From assembly GCA_951406725.2 (NCBI GenBank), contig OX597817.1, positions 90,396,001-90,460,000 of the forward strand: a DNA stretch of 64,000 nucleotides, given 5' to 3'. Source of the DNA: Octopus vulgaris (taxonomy: Eukaryota). Shown here in pieces: positions 15,336-26,760 of this stretch (position 1 is its first letter; the number at the start of each line of letters is the position of its first letter). The position numbers and the translations under genes are program-made. Below the pieces are notes generated by a model. The model did not search any database. It saw only the letters and a list, made by a program, of their open reading frames with translations, and was not told the origin of the DNA.

Positions 15336-16010
15336 TCATGATCAAATGGAAATTTGGCTGCTAATTTCAGTAGATTAAGTTACAATATTCAATACCACAT
15401 TAGCTTTGTGCAAAAATATTCAACCAGTGTTTAATTATAAGATCTGCTAAAGTGAAATAAATCACAGGTAAAAACTATTCAGGCCTCAGTCAATTTTAGC
15501 CACGCACCTAGATAAATTTACAATACAAATGCATCAATTTCACAATACACCTTCATAATTTTACAATGCACCTGCATGATTTCACAAAACACAGGTACAA
15601 AAGCACTGACATAGAGGCTCTCATTGTTGCTGCTGTCTTTGCTCATGTTAGATATCGTTTTATGTCTGTACTACATGTGATACTTACATGTGTTAAGTAA
15701 CTTACAGGTAAGTTGAAAGTAGATAGAATAAACGAAACAAAGAAAGAAGAGGGGAAAATGTGTAAAGACAAGGTAAAGTAAGATGAAGTAATAGAAGTAG
15801 AGGTGGTGGTGGTGGTGAACAAGAATGGGGAAAGTCTGTCTGATAATAAACAATAGTAAACAATCTCTGCACTGGGATTAAAACAAAAACAACCCAACAA
15901 ACATTTGAAAACTGCTACAAGGGTGTAGAAAAGTTTTCAATGATGTTTTATGAAAATAGTGTGAGGAGGGATAGAGTGTGTGCATAACACACAGACATAC
16001 ACATATGCAG

Positions 16011-16047
<37 letters not shown>

Positions 16048-16050
16048 CAT

Positions 16051-16089
<39 letters not shown>

Positions 16090-16199
16090 CACACACACAT
16101 ACACAGACATGACAGAAGTAAATAGACACCCTTATAATTGCTAAAATTTACTGAAATCTAAAATTATACATTCAAATTATTTATTAATTATTATAATGT

Positions 16200-16760
16200 G
16201 AATGCCCTAAACTTGCCCAAAACCACTACAAGTTGTGGTGACACAACCAGGTAGTGAAAATGCTCCACTGGAAACAGTGTAAAAAGTAGGGGCTAGGCAG
16301 AAGCAAGACATGGTATGATAGATTGGGTGCAAGAGTATAACAGACTGGACCTAGTGGTGGTGGACAAGGTGCACCACATATGCTATATAATTGACGTTGC
16401 ATGCCTCTTTGACCCATGAATAGTCAAGAAGGAAGGCAAAAAGATAGATAGATACAACCATCTTAAGTACAAAATAGCCCAGCTATGGAAAATAAAGGTG
16501 AAGATAGTGCCAATTATTGTTGGGTCCTTGGGAACAGTATCAGAAGGCATCAAGAGAAATATAAAGGAAATTGGAATAGAGTGCACAGTAGAATTGTTAC
16601 AAAAGGTTTGCCTCCTTGGCACAGCCAGAATAATCAGAAAAGTATTAGACAGCTGAAAAGAACGAATAGCATGGTACTGTAGGCTGCAGGAAATAAGCCT
16701 GCTATGCATGCAAGACTCCAGGAACTCCAACAAAACCTTTGATAAAGAGAAAATAATAAT
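16200..16760 (+). mobile_element. 3' fragment of an R4/Dong-clade LINE with restriction-like endonuclease
   Basis: ECPKLAQNHYKLW*HNQV..LHW..RLDLVVVDK..CYIIDVACLFDP*IVKKEGKKIDRY..LW..VPIIVGSLGTV..LLQKVCLLGTARIIRKVLDS* (stop at 16654-16656), ending in aataataat. Confidence 0.9.
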
Positions 16761-16764
16761 CTTT

Positions 16765-16974
16765 TCTTTTATAGGCACAAGGCTTGAAATTTATGGGGAG
16801 GGGGCAAGTTGATAACATCATTCCCAATGATCAGATGGTACTAATTTTATTGACCTTGAAAGGAGGAAAGGCAAAGTTAACTTCAACGGAATTTGAACTC
16901 AGAACATGAAGCCAGATAAAATGCTGCTGAGCATTTTGCATGGCATGTTAACAATTCTGCCAGCTTGTCACCTT
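16765..16974 (-). mobile_element. SINE family B
   Basis: Reverse-complement match including gaaaggcaaagtt and aatttgaactcagaac. Confidence 0.8.
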
Positions 16975-16990
16975 AATGATAATAATAGTA

Positions 16991-17123
16991 GTGCATAGTG
17001 TACCCTTATCAGATGGGTAGTCATGATGGGTATACTAGGCTTTGTATATTTTACTCCAGTGTCACTTTGATGGCATTCATTGCTCTCTCACTCAATAACA
17101 ATAACAACAACAACAACAACGAC

Positions 17124-17169
<46 letters not shown>

Positions 17170-17247
17170 CACAGCACATACCTAAGGCACACAGAGCTGC
17201 GCTCGGTAGTGAAGTGAAAGCACGCTATAAAAATAAAGCTACTGAAC

Positions 17248-17312
<65 letters not shown>

Positions 17313-17620
17313 TAATAGTAACACCTCTGGAAACATGGGAGTTTCGTTCAACATCCTTAAACAACCCTTATTCAGGGACCTTTTGAGTGGGATGGGTTAC
17401 TCGACCAGAAGAAAATTATAACTAGGCCCCACCTGCAAGGTCATATGCTGTTTATCTTGATATGAGATCACCATATCGCGCACATATGGTTGTGATGCAT
17501 GTGCCTAGTGTACCCTTCTTAGATGGGTAGTCATGATGGGTATGCTGGGCTTCATATATTTTACTCGAGTGCCACTTTGATGGCATGCACTGCTCTCTCA
17601 TTCAATAATAATAATAATAA
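16991..17620 (+). mobile_element. Three non-LTR terminal fragments (16991-17093, 17168-17250, 17321-17603) separated by (AAT)n
   Basis: The first and third share a fixed right end (tgctctctca(c/t)tc-aataa) and differ in left truncation. The middle one is a different sequence ending aaataaagctactgaac-(aat)n. Confidence 0.7.
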
Positions 17621-18249
17621 TGTATGTGTGCGAATGGATGGATGAATATAGAGATATTGCAAGCTCACTAAGGCATAGTGAATCTAATAACCAGTTGTTA
17701 TAATCAGTTTACTTTCAGTAAATTATCAGATGAGTACAAAGCATAACATCAATGAATAAATGATGAAAATAACAGGAGTTATGTAATCATTTTCATTAAC
17801 TTATAGCTGTTTCTGTAATAAGAAGCATTGAAACTCAGAGCTGAGTGCTCATGTGATAAGTGCAATGCCTCACCATTAGTATGTATCAACTTTATTGCTG
17901 TTCATAATCTTATATCAAAAATCCAAACTACATGAATGGAGATTCTTCTTTCAGAAGAGGCTAATATGACTTTTAATGAAAATTATTGACAGAGAAATAT
18001 TTTTCTCCCTTATTATAGTTGTTTGAACTGTTTGAGTTATAAATAAATAAACACAGTTTCTAAAGTTTTGCATAGTCGGTACAAATTCTGACTAACTTCC
18101 TTGGAAACTATTCTTTCTTCTCTATTAACTTCTCTGACAGTACTGTTTAGATTATCCAGGAAACCAATATAAAATGAAACTAATAAAAGATGAACCGCAC
18201 CAACAAAAAAACTTAGAGAATGAATATCTCTAGAAAAATTCAGAATAGA

Positions 18250-19147
18250 AGTAGGAATACTAAGTTTAAGAACAAGAAAGCAGAAGGAACATTTAAAAAA
18301 AAAATATATGCAAACTATGGAAAGAAGAATGTAATCATGAAGAAATTATTTCAATCTAAATAGGGGAGAAAAGAATCAATTGGTTTTGCAGTTATACAGA
18401 GGAATCATGAAAAAAATATTCTTCAGAAAACCCATCCATGGAAAACAAACAAACAAACAAAAATTATGTCTTATGTCAGAGTCATTAAACAACCACAAAA
18501 TAAGCCAAATTCAGGATGAAATTATGGTCAAATGTTCAAAGTAAATACATATATTGAACTTAACAGAAACTAACCTCTGTACAGGATTATAAATAACTGA
18601 AGGCTAGAAAACAGTTCTTATCAATTGATATTTTGATGATTGTTTTATTTTAAGGGAAGAAAGTTTAGATAAACTTTATGAAATTAAGACACTCACAAAC
18701 AATATTAAAAACAACATCCAGTATGAAATACGGCTAGAATAAATTACCTTTATACATATATTAGCTATAAAAAATACTGAGTAAGATTAAGACAGATATA
18801 TATTATAAACCAACAGGTTCAAAGCAATATTCCCTTTATACTTCATGCTATAATAAACACAAGAATTACTATTCTATTCAATCTAGCTACAAAAGTATAA
18901 ACCATCATATCAAATCTGATCAACCTGAAAGCAAAAAAAAAAAAAAAATCACAGGAGTTGCTGTGTGGTAAGTAGCTTGCTTACCAGCCACATGGTTCTG
19001 GGTTCAATCCCAATGCATGGCACCTTGGGCAAGTGTCTTCTACTATAGCCTCGGGCTGACCAAAGCCTTGTTAGTGGATTTGGTAGATGGAAACTGAAAG
19101 AAACCCATCATATATATGTATATATATATATATATGTATATATGTGT

Positions 19148-19192
<45 letters not shown>

Positions 19193-20073
19193 CTTGTGTG
19201 TTTGTGTTTGTCACCCCAACATCGCTTGACAACCAATGCTGGTGTGTTTACATCCCCGTAACTTAGCGGTTCGGCAGAAAAGACCAATAGAATAAGTATT
19301 AGGCTTACAAAGAATAAGTCCTGGGGTCAATTTGCTCAACTAAAGGTGGTGCTCCAGCATGGCCACAGTCAAATGACTGAAAAAGTATAAGATTAAAAAG
19401 AGTAAAGAGAGAAACTGAAAGATATTTTGATTGAAAGATGTTACCATAATGAAATGACAGTATTGACATCAGTTATTTCAGAACTGTTAAGAGGGGAAAC
19501 AGTTTTGCTTTACATTTCATTCAATCCATACATCTTTTGAATATGGATACCATTAATATAATTAAATTATACCACTTTTAAAATACCATCCAAAAATGTA
19601 AAGTATGTTAGAGAACTAAAAGATAATAAACAGTTAAAAAACAACCAGAATCACTAAAGAAACAATAAAATGTTCAATTACCTACCAGTATTATAACAAA
19701 TCTGACAGTCATAAAATTCTGAAGATGAATTTTAGAATTTGAATTGAAATATCTGAAGATGCAGAGTTGTTTCAAAAAAAAAAAAGAGAGAGAGAGAGAA
19801 TTTTATAATAAAGATGATTTTACATGCTTACAGAAGCCAAAAAAGCATGTCACAGAAAATGAATGATGGTTCACCAACAGGAAATATGTAATCTATGCTA
19901 GAAAAATTTCTCCCAGTAAACATTTAGATCAATGTATAAGAACTCAATAGCTAAATTCCAAATTTTCTCATTATACCAATGTATGGAAAACAGAACAAGA
20001 ATTAACAACAAGGAAGTACTGAAGAAACAATTTTGTATTGAAAAATAGAGACCAGAAACCAAGTTTAAACTGA
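18250..20073 (+). mobile_element. Decayed Penelope-like element (RT plus GIY-YIG C-terminus)
   Basis: YFDDCFI at 18629, IKTDIYYKPTGSKQY..SC at 18786, FNLA, KQPESLKK at about 19640, MVHQQEI..SKHLDQC..KFQIFSLYQC, and terminal KPSLN* at 20056-20073. The left boundary is uncertain. Confidence 0.85.
18951..19410 (+). mobile_element. SINE family A nested in the Penelope-like element
   Basis: Full head, internal (TA)(TG) tract and tail. PLE homology resumes on both sides. Confidence 0.9.
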
Positions 20074-20458
20074 TAATTAATTATAACAAGTATTTTTAAA
20101 TTTTAGTACCAACATTTCTGAAAATATATTTGTTCACTTCTCTTTGAATATTTGAAGTTCATAACATTACCTCCTTGTTCCCTAGTGTGTTTGTAATAAA
20201 TTTAGGTTAATGAATATACCCTTGTTACATAGCATAATCTCCCTTGTTATCTTGCATGTCTATTACAAGGCTACTTACAGTTAATACACTATATCTGCCT
20301 TTAAAACTATATAATAATGTACTCTCGAATACATAATAATATATTTTAAACATATAATAGTGTATTTGAAACAATTTTGATTGTTAATAATACATCTTAA
20401 AATAATTTGATTAATTACAATGTAAAAAGAATTTCACACATTTCCTCTTCATATATAT

Positions 20459-21204
20459 ATTTCTCTATTTGTGTATTAAGGCTACCATTGGTTTCACGTT
20501 AAGAAAAATATCTTAATATCATCATCATCGTCATCATCATTTAATATCCACTTGCCATGCTGGCATGGATTGGATGGTTTGACTGGGGACCGGCGAGCCA
20601 GATGGCTGCACCAGGCTCCAATCTGATCTGGCAGAGTTTCTGCAGCTGGATGCCCTTCCTAACGCCAACCACTCTGAGAGTGTAGTGGGTGATTTTACGT
20701 GCCACTGGCACGAGGGCCAGTCAGGCAGTACTGGCAACGGCCGTGCTCAAATGGTGTTTTTACGTATCACCTGAGCAGGAGCCAGTCCAGCGGCACTGGC
20801 AACACCTTTGCTTGAATGTTGTTTTTCATGTACCACCAGCACAAGTGCCAGTAAGGAGATGCTGGTAACGCTCATGCTCGAATGGTGCTTTTTACGTGTC
20901 ACCGACACGGGGGCCAGTCTGCAGTCCTGGCAACGATCACGCTCGGATGGTGCTCTTAGTGCTCCACTAGCACGGATGCCAGTCATGCAGTGCTGTTATT
21001 GAATTTGATTTTGATTTCACAACAATTTTTCAAGCCGATCGCATGGAGGAATGATGTTTGTCTCCATTTTGGATGTTGTGTGTTTTCATCCAAAATGGAG
21101 ATGAACACCATTCCTCCATGTGATCAGCTTGAAAAATTGTTAGGATATTAAGATATCTTTTTAACATGAAACCAATGGTAGCCTTAATACACAAATAAAG
21201 AAAT
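20459..21204. mobile_element. Fold-back palindromic element (~240 bp when reconstituted), left arm interrupted
   Basis: 20459-20520 is the reverse complement of 21144-21204, and 21021-21075 is the reverse complement of 21087-21141, around an 11-nt loop. Confidence 0.8.
20521..21020 (-). mobile_element. RTE 3' UTR or RTE-tailed element with five ~65-bp tandem units
   Basis: (CAT)n tail, RTE tail motif and CpG-rich units starting at 20688, 20753, 20818, 20884 and 20949. Confidence 0.85.
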
Positions 21205-21299
21205 TTTATCCACCAATGCAGTCCACAATATTCCAAGGAGAGGGTATGGTCATGTACTGTTTCAGAATTAGCCTATATGTATAATATCAGAGCATAAAA

Positions 21300-21357
21300 A
21301 AAGATGATGATGATGGTAAAAATAATAATGATCATGTCTGCCAAGACATCATGACGG

Positions 21358-21396
<39 letters not shown>

Positions 21397-21433
21397 CGAC
21401 GACGACGACGACGACGATGATGATGATGATGAT

Positions 21434-21464
<31 letters not shown>

Positions 21465-21860
21465 GTGGTATATAGTGAATATGTTACTATTGAAGATAAT
21501 TGTGGAAACACTGATAATGTTGACAATGATTATATGGACAGTGATGATGAGGATATCCATTATAATAATAGTGATGATGATGACATCCAAAACAATAATT
21601 ATGATGATTGTAATGATGGTGAAAATGATAATAATGGCGTCTGTCAAGACATGATGATGATGATGAGGAGGAGGAGGAGGAGGAGGAGGTGGTAGCACAT
21701 AGTGGTTGTGTTAATGCTGATAATTGTAGAAACACTGATAATGTTAATGATGATGATTATATGGACAATGATGATGAGGATAATGTTTATGATAACAGTG
21801 ATGATGATGATGACAACCAGAACATGATAATCATGATGATGATTACATCAAGGGTGATAT
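21300..21860. repeat. Duplicated low-complexity (GAT)n/(GAC)n/(GAG)n block
   Basis: gtctg(c/t)caagacat..(gat)n(gag)n..gataattgt(g/a)gaaacactgataatgtt..gattatatggaca occurs twice. Confidence 0.75.
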
Positions 21861-22995
21861 CAATGTCAACGATGGCAATAATCATAATGACCATGACTAA
21901 GGTGATAACAATGATGACCATTTCTTCTTTTGAACCCCTCTATTCCCTGCTGATCCCCACCCCATCCCTGTTGCATCTATTGACCACCCTATTCCTTTAC
22001 ACTGCTTATAATTAACCATCAAAATCATATTCCATGAACTATTGCTAAGTGATAGTACATATGTGTGCATTGACAGTTATAACTGTATGATGTAGAACTG
22101 TGTTTGTTAAATAAATCATTAATCTTACACAAGTGTTTCAAAAGTTTACGGTGTCTTCAAGAGTTAATCGTGTTTTTTGATAGCATTTGGTATATTTTGG
22201 TCAATATCTTCATATTTGGTTCACCAGAAATATCTCCCAGGTGAAACCATCAAAGAAACATTTATCTTCTCAGTCCCTCAGAGCAGCATCTCTTTCATCT
22301 GAGAATATTTCCAAAGAAATATTTTTCTTTGATAATGGTAACCATCTAACCCTATCTTAACCATTCCATTTATATTCTGTGATGAATTGGTCTACCAACT
22401 CACCTTGTCATAGCAACAAATCTATCTCACTGGTTGCTCCCTTCTTCCCTACTTTCCCTAACATATACACTTAGCCATGGGTAATTCTACATGGTTACCT
22501 AACTGGCTAGAAAGAGCTGCCAAATCTCCTTCAGTGCATTGAAGATTTGGCACTGTACAATATTAAAAGGAAAGGAATATTTGAGAATGTAATCTCAGAT
22601 AAATAATGTCTGAAAACAAGTTTGATATTATAATGGCTGGAATATCGGTTTCAAATTTTGGTAGAAGACCAGCAATTTTGCAGGTGGGGTTAATTCTATT
22701 GATTTGATCCCTGTGCTCAACTGATACTTATTTCGGTGACCCCGAAAGTATAAAAAATAATGGTTGGAATATTACAGACCATCTGGATGAAGGGCTACTG
22801 AGGAATGAAACAGCAACAACTGCAACAGTACCTTTAGATTTTTATCATAGGTGCAGGCATGGCTGTATGATAAGAAGCTTGCTTCTCAACCACATGATCC
22901 TGGGTTCAGTCCCACTGCATGGTACCTTGGGCAAATTTCATTTACTATAACCTTGTAAGTGGATTTGGTAGAGGGAAACTGAAAGAAGCCTGTCG

Positions 22996-23063
<68 letters not shown>

Positions 23064-23086
23064 TGCTTGATTCCCTGCCATTGCCA

Positions 23087-23127
23087 AACATTTCGGCTGA
23101 TATACCCTCTAGCCTTCATCAGGTGTC
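23087..23127 (-). ncRNA. Minimal type I hammerhead ribozyme motif, truncated at the predicted cleavage site
   Basis: GACAC CUGAUGA A GGCU(AGAGGGUAUAUC)AGCC GAAA UGUU, after which homology to the plus copy ends. Confidence 0.8.
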
Positions 23128-23174
23128 TTGGGGAAATTTTGAACCTAGGTTCCCATTCCTAAGGTATTTTTCTA

Positions 23175-23233
<59 letters not shown>

Positions 23234-23384
23234 TTACTGCCTGGAATCGAACTCGGAATCTTGGGGTTGGTAGCCCACGATCTTAACCACTACACCATAT
23301 GCCCATGGTTAAGAGCACAGGCTACTAACCCCAAGATTCCGAGTCTGATTCCAGGCAGTGACCTGAATAATAATAATAATAATA

Positions 23385-23418
<34 letters not shown>

Positions 23419-23473
23419 CACCAACATTGAAAAATACCTTAGGAATGAGAACCTGGGTTTGAAATTTCCCCAA

Positions 23474-23519
23474 GACTCCTGATGAAGGCTGGAGGGTATA
23501 TCAGCCAAAAAGTTGTGTT
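23474..23519 (+). ncRNA. Minimal type I hammerhead ribozyme motif, core mutated
   Basis: GACUC CUGAUGA A GGCUG(GAGGGUAUAU)CAGCC AAAAA GUU GUGUU. GAAAC has decayed to AAAAA. GUGUU can pair with the GACAC seen in the minus copy. Confidence 0.7.
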
Positions 23520-23797
23520 AACAACAAACAAGATGAGGACAAATATCTGTCAAATTTTAATAATGTAAATAATGTACATAATTCTTCATCTCTTCAATAT
23601 AGAACTGAACTGATGCTGGTGTGTTTATGTCTCTGTAACTTAGCAGTTCAGCAAAAGTGACCAATAGAATAAGTACTGGGCTTACAAAGAATAAGTGTTG
23701 GGGTCAAGTTCTTCGACTAAAACCCTTTAAGTCGGTGCTCCAGCATGGCTGCAGTCAAATGACTGAAACAAGTAAAAGATTAAAAGAATATATTTAA

Positions 23798-24012
23798 CCT
23801 CTTTGATGCCAATCTGCCTGAGACCAACCATGATTCTATGATACAAACATCTTGCTTTAAAGTGATCTAATCCTTCCATCAAAATTTCATGTTAATTTGT
23901 TTCAAACTCCAGCTCAATAGTGACAGAAGTTATTTTATTAAATTCTTCATTATTTTCAAAATAAATTGAAACAAATACAATGCATTTCTACAGAAATATG
24001 GTCACAAAATGA
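23798..24012. mobile_element. piggyBac-type MITE, degenerate
   Basis: TTAA at 23794-23797 and 24013-24016, with decayed cc(t)cttt / aaaatga ends. Confidence 0.45.
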
Positions 24013-24619
24013 TTAATGCAACTTGTCTAACCCTTAATCAGACATTATTGTTAGAATTAGCTGCAGATACATTCTCTAGTAAGGTTGTTTTTATATAATT
24101 AGCAACAAATCCAGATCTGAGCCAGTTCTTTTCTTTCACAGAACAACAGACACATCCTCAAAAAGATGTAGTTGTGCTCTTGAGGTAGTAGATATGCAGA
24201 CTCATTAAAGTGTCAGACAAAATGTTTTGTAGTGTTGAGTTCTGATCCTTCATATTCAAAGTTCAACCTGCTGATATCAATTTTGCTTTTCCTGCATCCA
24301 GGTATGAATGCAAATTAATTTTGAACCTGGGAGATAATGGTATCTCCTAGGTTCCTTCAAGCAAAAGACTGCAGCACAGAATCCCAAGTCCAAATGACTC
24401 TACCTGTACTTTAAGGAAGGAGACAAGGGTGTGATCTCAAGTGCCACTGTATTACTATGTGGAGCAATGACCTTGGGTATTTTGGACTTTCAAAAACATC
24501 ATGTTCAACTGAAGTGTAAGCTAGCAGACAGAAGAAGAAAAGAAAACCTCTAACAACCAGTTTCTGTAAATCTGAAAAACCCACAATCTGACAGACAGGC
24601 CTCCATATTATGTAATTGA

Positions 24620-26760
24620 TCTACAAGAAATAACAGTCAAACCTCCCTCAAAATAGCACCCTAAAATCTTTAATAGAGAAAGACATATCAAATAAGGTGA
24701 TTCTAGGTACATAGCATTTAAGGGGACAGAATAGTCATCATAGGTCTGCACAGCTGGGATTGACCTCAGATTAAACAAACAAACAAAAAAAAAATCCACA
24801 TTTTAGTTAAATCTTTTATTACATATTTTGTGAGGGCTAAATGAGACCCCTTTGTTCAAGGTTTTTGAAACTGGTAGGAAGAAGTGAGTGAGTTATCCTC
24901 AAATGAAAGATCTGGTCCAAATGCTTACACTCAAGTAGATGCTAGCAAAAATATTTTCAGATGGTGGAAGTCTTTCTGACAAGCTTCAACACAGTTTTCA
25001 TTCACTAAATTTCACTCACAGTTTTCATGTGCCCTCTTAGTAATAAACCTACCCAAAACATGGTCCTTCTGATACATTCAGTAGGATGCTAACTTTTCCA
25101 TTACTGTGAAGAACACTGAAGGACTGGAATTTAACAATAATTAAAATGAGATTATAATCAATTTGATGGAATTTAAGCTTTAAAAGAAACATTTGTCAAC
25201 AAATGATCAATTAAAATCCAAATCGTATTAAAATAAAATCATGGTGGTAGTAATAGTATGGCCAATAAGGTATTAGGATGTAGTGGTGGTATGATAATGG
25301 GGATGATGGTATGTTGTTGTTGGTGGTGGTAGTCATAATGCAGGTATAGTGGTTGTGATGGTAGAGTGGTGATGGTGGTGGAGGTGGGGCTGATAGTAGT
25401 AATGATGGTGGAGTATTAATACTGGGCACATGGTCATGACATTTTCATACCTTCCTATCTTCTTGGCTTGATCAACAACAATAATAACAAGAGCAACAAC
25501 AACAACAACAACAACAAAACTACCTGACGACCTAAGGGATGATTTTTTACATTGCTGAAGAAATAACAGCTAAATATCCCATAAATTATACATTGCTGTC
25601 TTTAAAATAATTGACACATCAGATAATGTAGTCCAAAGTAGACAAAATGGCTGATAAAAAAGCAGGATGGTCACAGTTGAAATAATTTTGGTTACTATTC
25701 TGCTGAATAGTCACTGGGGATTAACAAGAGCAATATATTATACACCAGCACTACACCCCATACCACTTTAAACCCCATCGTCCACACTCTACTTTATATT
25801 ATACACAATCAATAATGGTACCACTTCATGGGTACTTGTCATGGACAAAAACTGCCACTAAATCACCCTAGGGTAAAGACCCCTTTCAGTCATGAATGTG
25901 CATGGGATTGCACCCAGACACAAGTCTGGGTAAGGTTGTTTGTAGAAGACCAGTAGCTTCTCATACATACCAATCTTTCCTTTCCATGTCACTGATGTTG
26001 TCCAAGGGAAAGGCAACAACCAATACAGTAACATCACAACTCTTTTCTACAGTTAAACGAATTGGAGCACTGTGAAATTAAGTGTCTTGCTCAAGAACAC
26101 AACACACAACCTGGTCCAGAAATCGAACTCACAACCTCACAATTTGAAGCCTGATACAATAACCACTGAGCCATGCACCTTCACAAATCACCCTACTGAC
26201 TCGAAAAAAAAAAGTGAAGAACACATTCTGTAATGCCATTCAACTTCTGTTAATTCAATGGCTGAGTGAAAGCCTCAAAATGCTGTTGCTAGCTAATCTA
26301 TGGTGGTCTACCTGTCGATGCAGATTAATTGTATGTAGATTGGGTGGGATCAGGAGATTAGTCATGGCTGTCAGCATCTTTTGATAGCAGCTAAATTTTT
26401 CTGTCAAACCACACACACTAACAACTTTAAAAAGTCACATTAGATTATGTGAATTTGAGATACACTGTTACCGAAAAAAAAGAAAGATGGGATGGCCATA
26501 GCTGGTAGTTCTTTTTTTTTTTTTATCGTAGACCAGTTTGATCAGAGCTAACCTGGGTCTCAGCAAAAACAACATTGGTGGGAGCAATGGCACCAACACC
26601 TACACAAGCCAATGAGGCAGCTTCTTTCATGGCCACTTAACTTTACCACAAAATATCCCTTAAATTACACCTTACTAGCTGAAAAGAAAAGGAGGATGGG
26701 TGATAAATGGAAAACTCTAGTCTGTAGGAGCAAGGATGACCTGGAATTAACAACAGCACC
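24620..26760 (+). repeat. Cluster of a ~180-bp (AAC)n-ended repeat (24620-24790, 25555-25735, 26390-26575, 26645-26760)
   Basis: Shared aaata.cagc.aaat.tccc.taaat.acac..ggatggtca..gacctggg..taaacaacaac. Other copies at 22505-22825 and, on the minus strand, 4490-4575 and 48530-48740. Confidence 0.6.
25871..26184 (-). mobile_element. tRNA-derived SINE (family C) with 11-bp target-site duplication
   Basis: Minus head aggtgcaTGGCTCAGTGGtta..gaGTTCGATTTC..gtgttcttgagcaagacactt. TSD aaatcacccta at 25860-25870 and 26185-26195. Confidence 0.85.

Larger units (their letters stand above)
23087..23607. mobile_element. Head-to-head pair of a tRNA-headed, hammerhead-containing SINE-like unit (minus 23304-23087, plus 23306-23607)
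   Basis: About 200-bp inverted arms with almost no spacer. The minus-copy head reads ggcataTGGTGTAGTGGttaag..gaGTTCGATTCc (A and B boxes), followed by (AAT)n and a hammerhead motif. Confidence 0.85.
22848..23790 (+). mobile_element. SINE family A split by the insertion at 23087-23607
   Basis: Family A sequence stops at ..gccattgc (23084) and resumes at aactgatgctggtgtg (23608). Confidence 0.9.

Noticed and set aside
17795-17960. Possible long-stem-II hammerhead upstream of the PLE (GAAACAGCUAUA on the minus strand)
   Set aside because: The only candidate core (CUGAAAGA) is about 130 nt away and non-canonical, with no stem I pairing. Too degenerate to call.
20688-21000. CRISPR-like regularly spaced array
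   Set aside because: Whole units are homologous, with no unique spacers and no cas genes. The array is part of an RTE 3' UTR in a eukaryotic context.
21351-22015. Acidic D/N-rich ORFs
   Set aside because: They derive from a duplicated (GAT)n-rich block with no coding signature.
23230-23365. tRNA genes (also 26110-26184 and 54520-54595)
   Set aside because: A/B boxes are present, but there is no convincing acceptor stem and the sequences run on into repeat bodies, two of them with TSDs. They are SINE heads.
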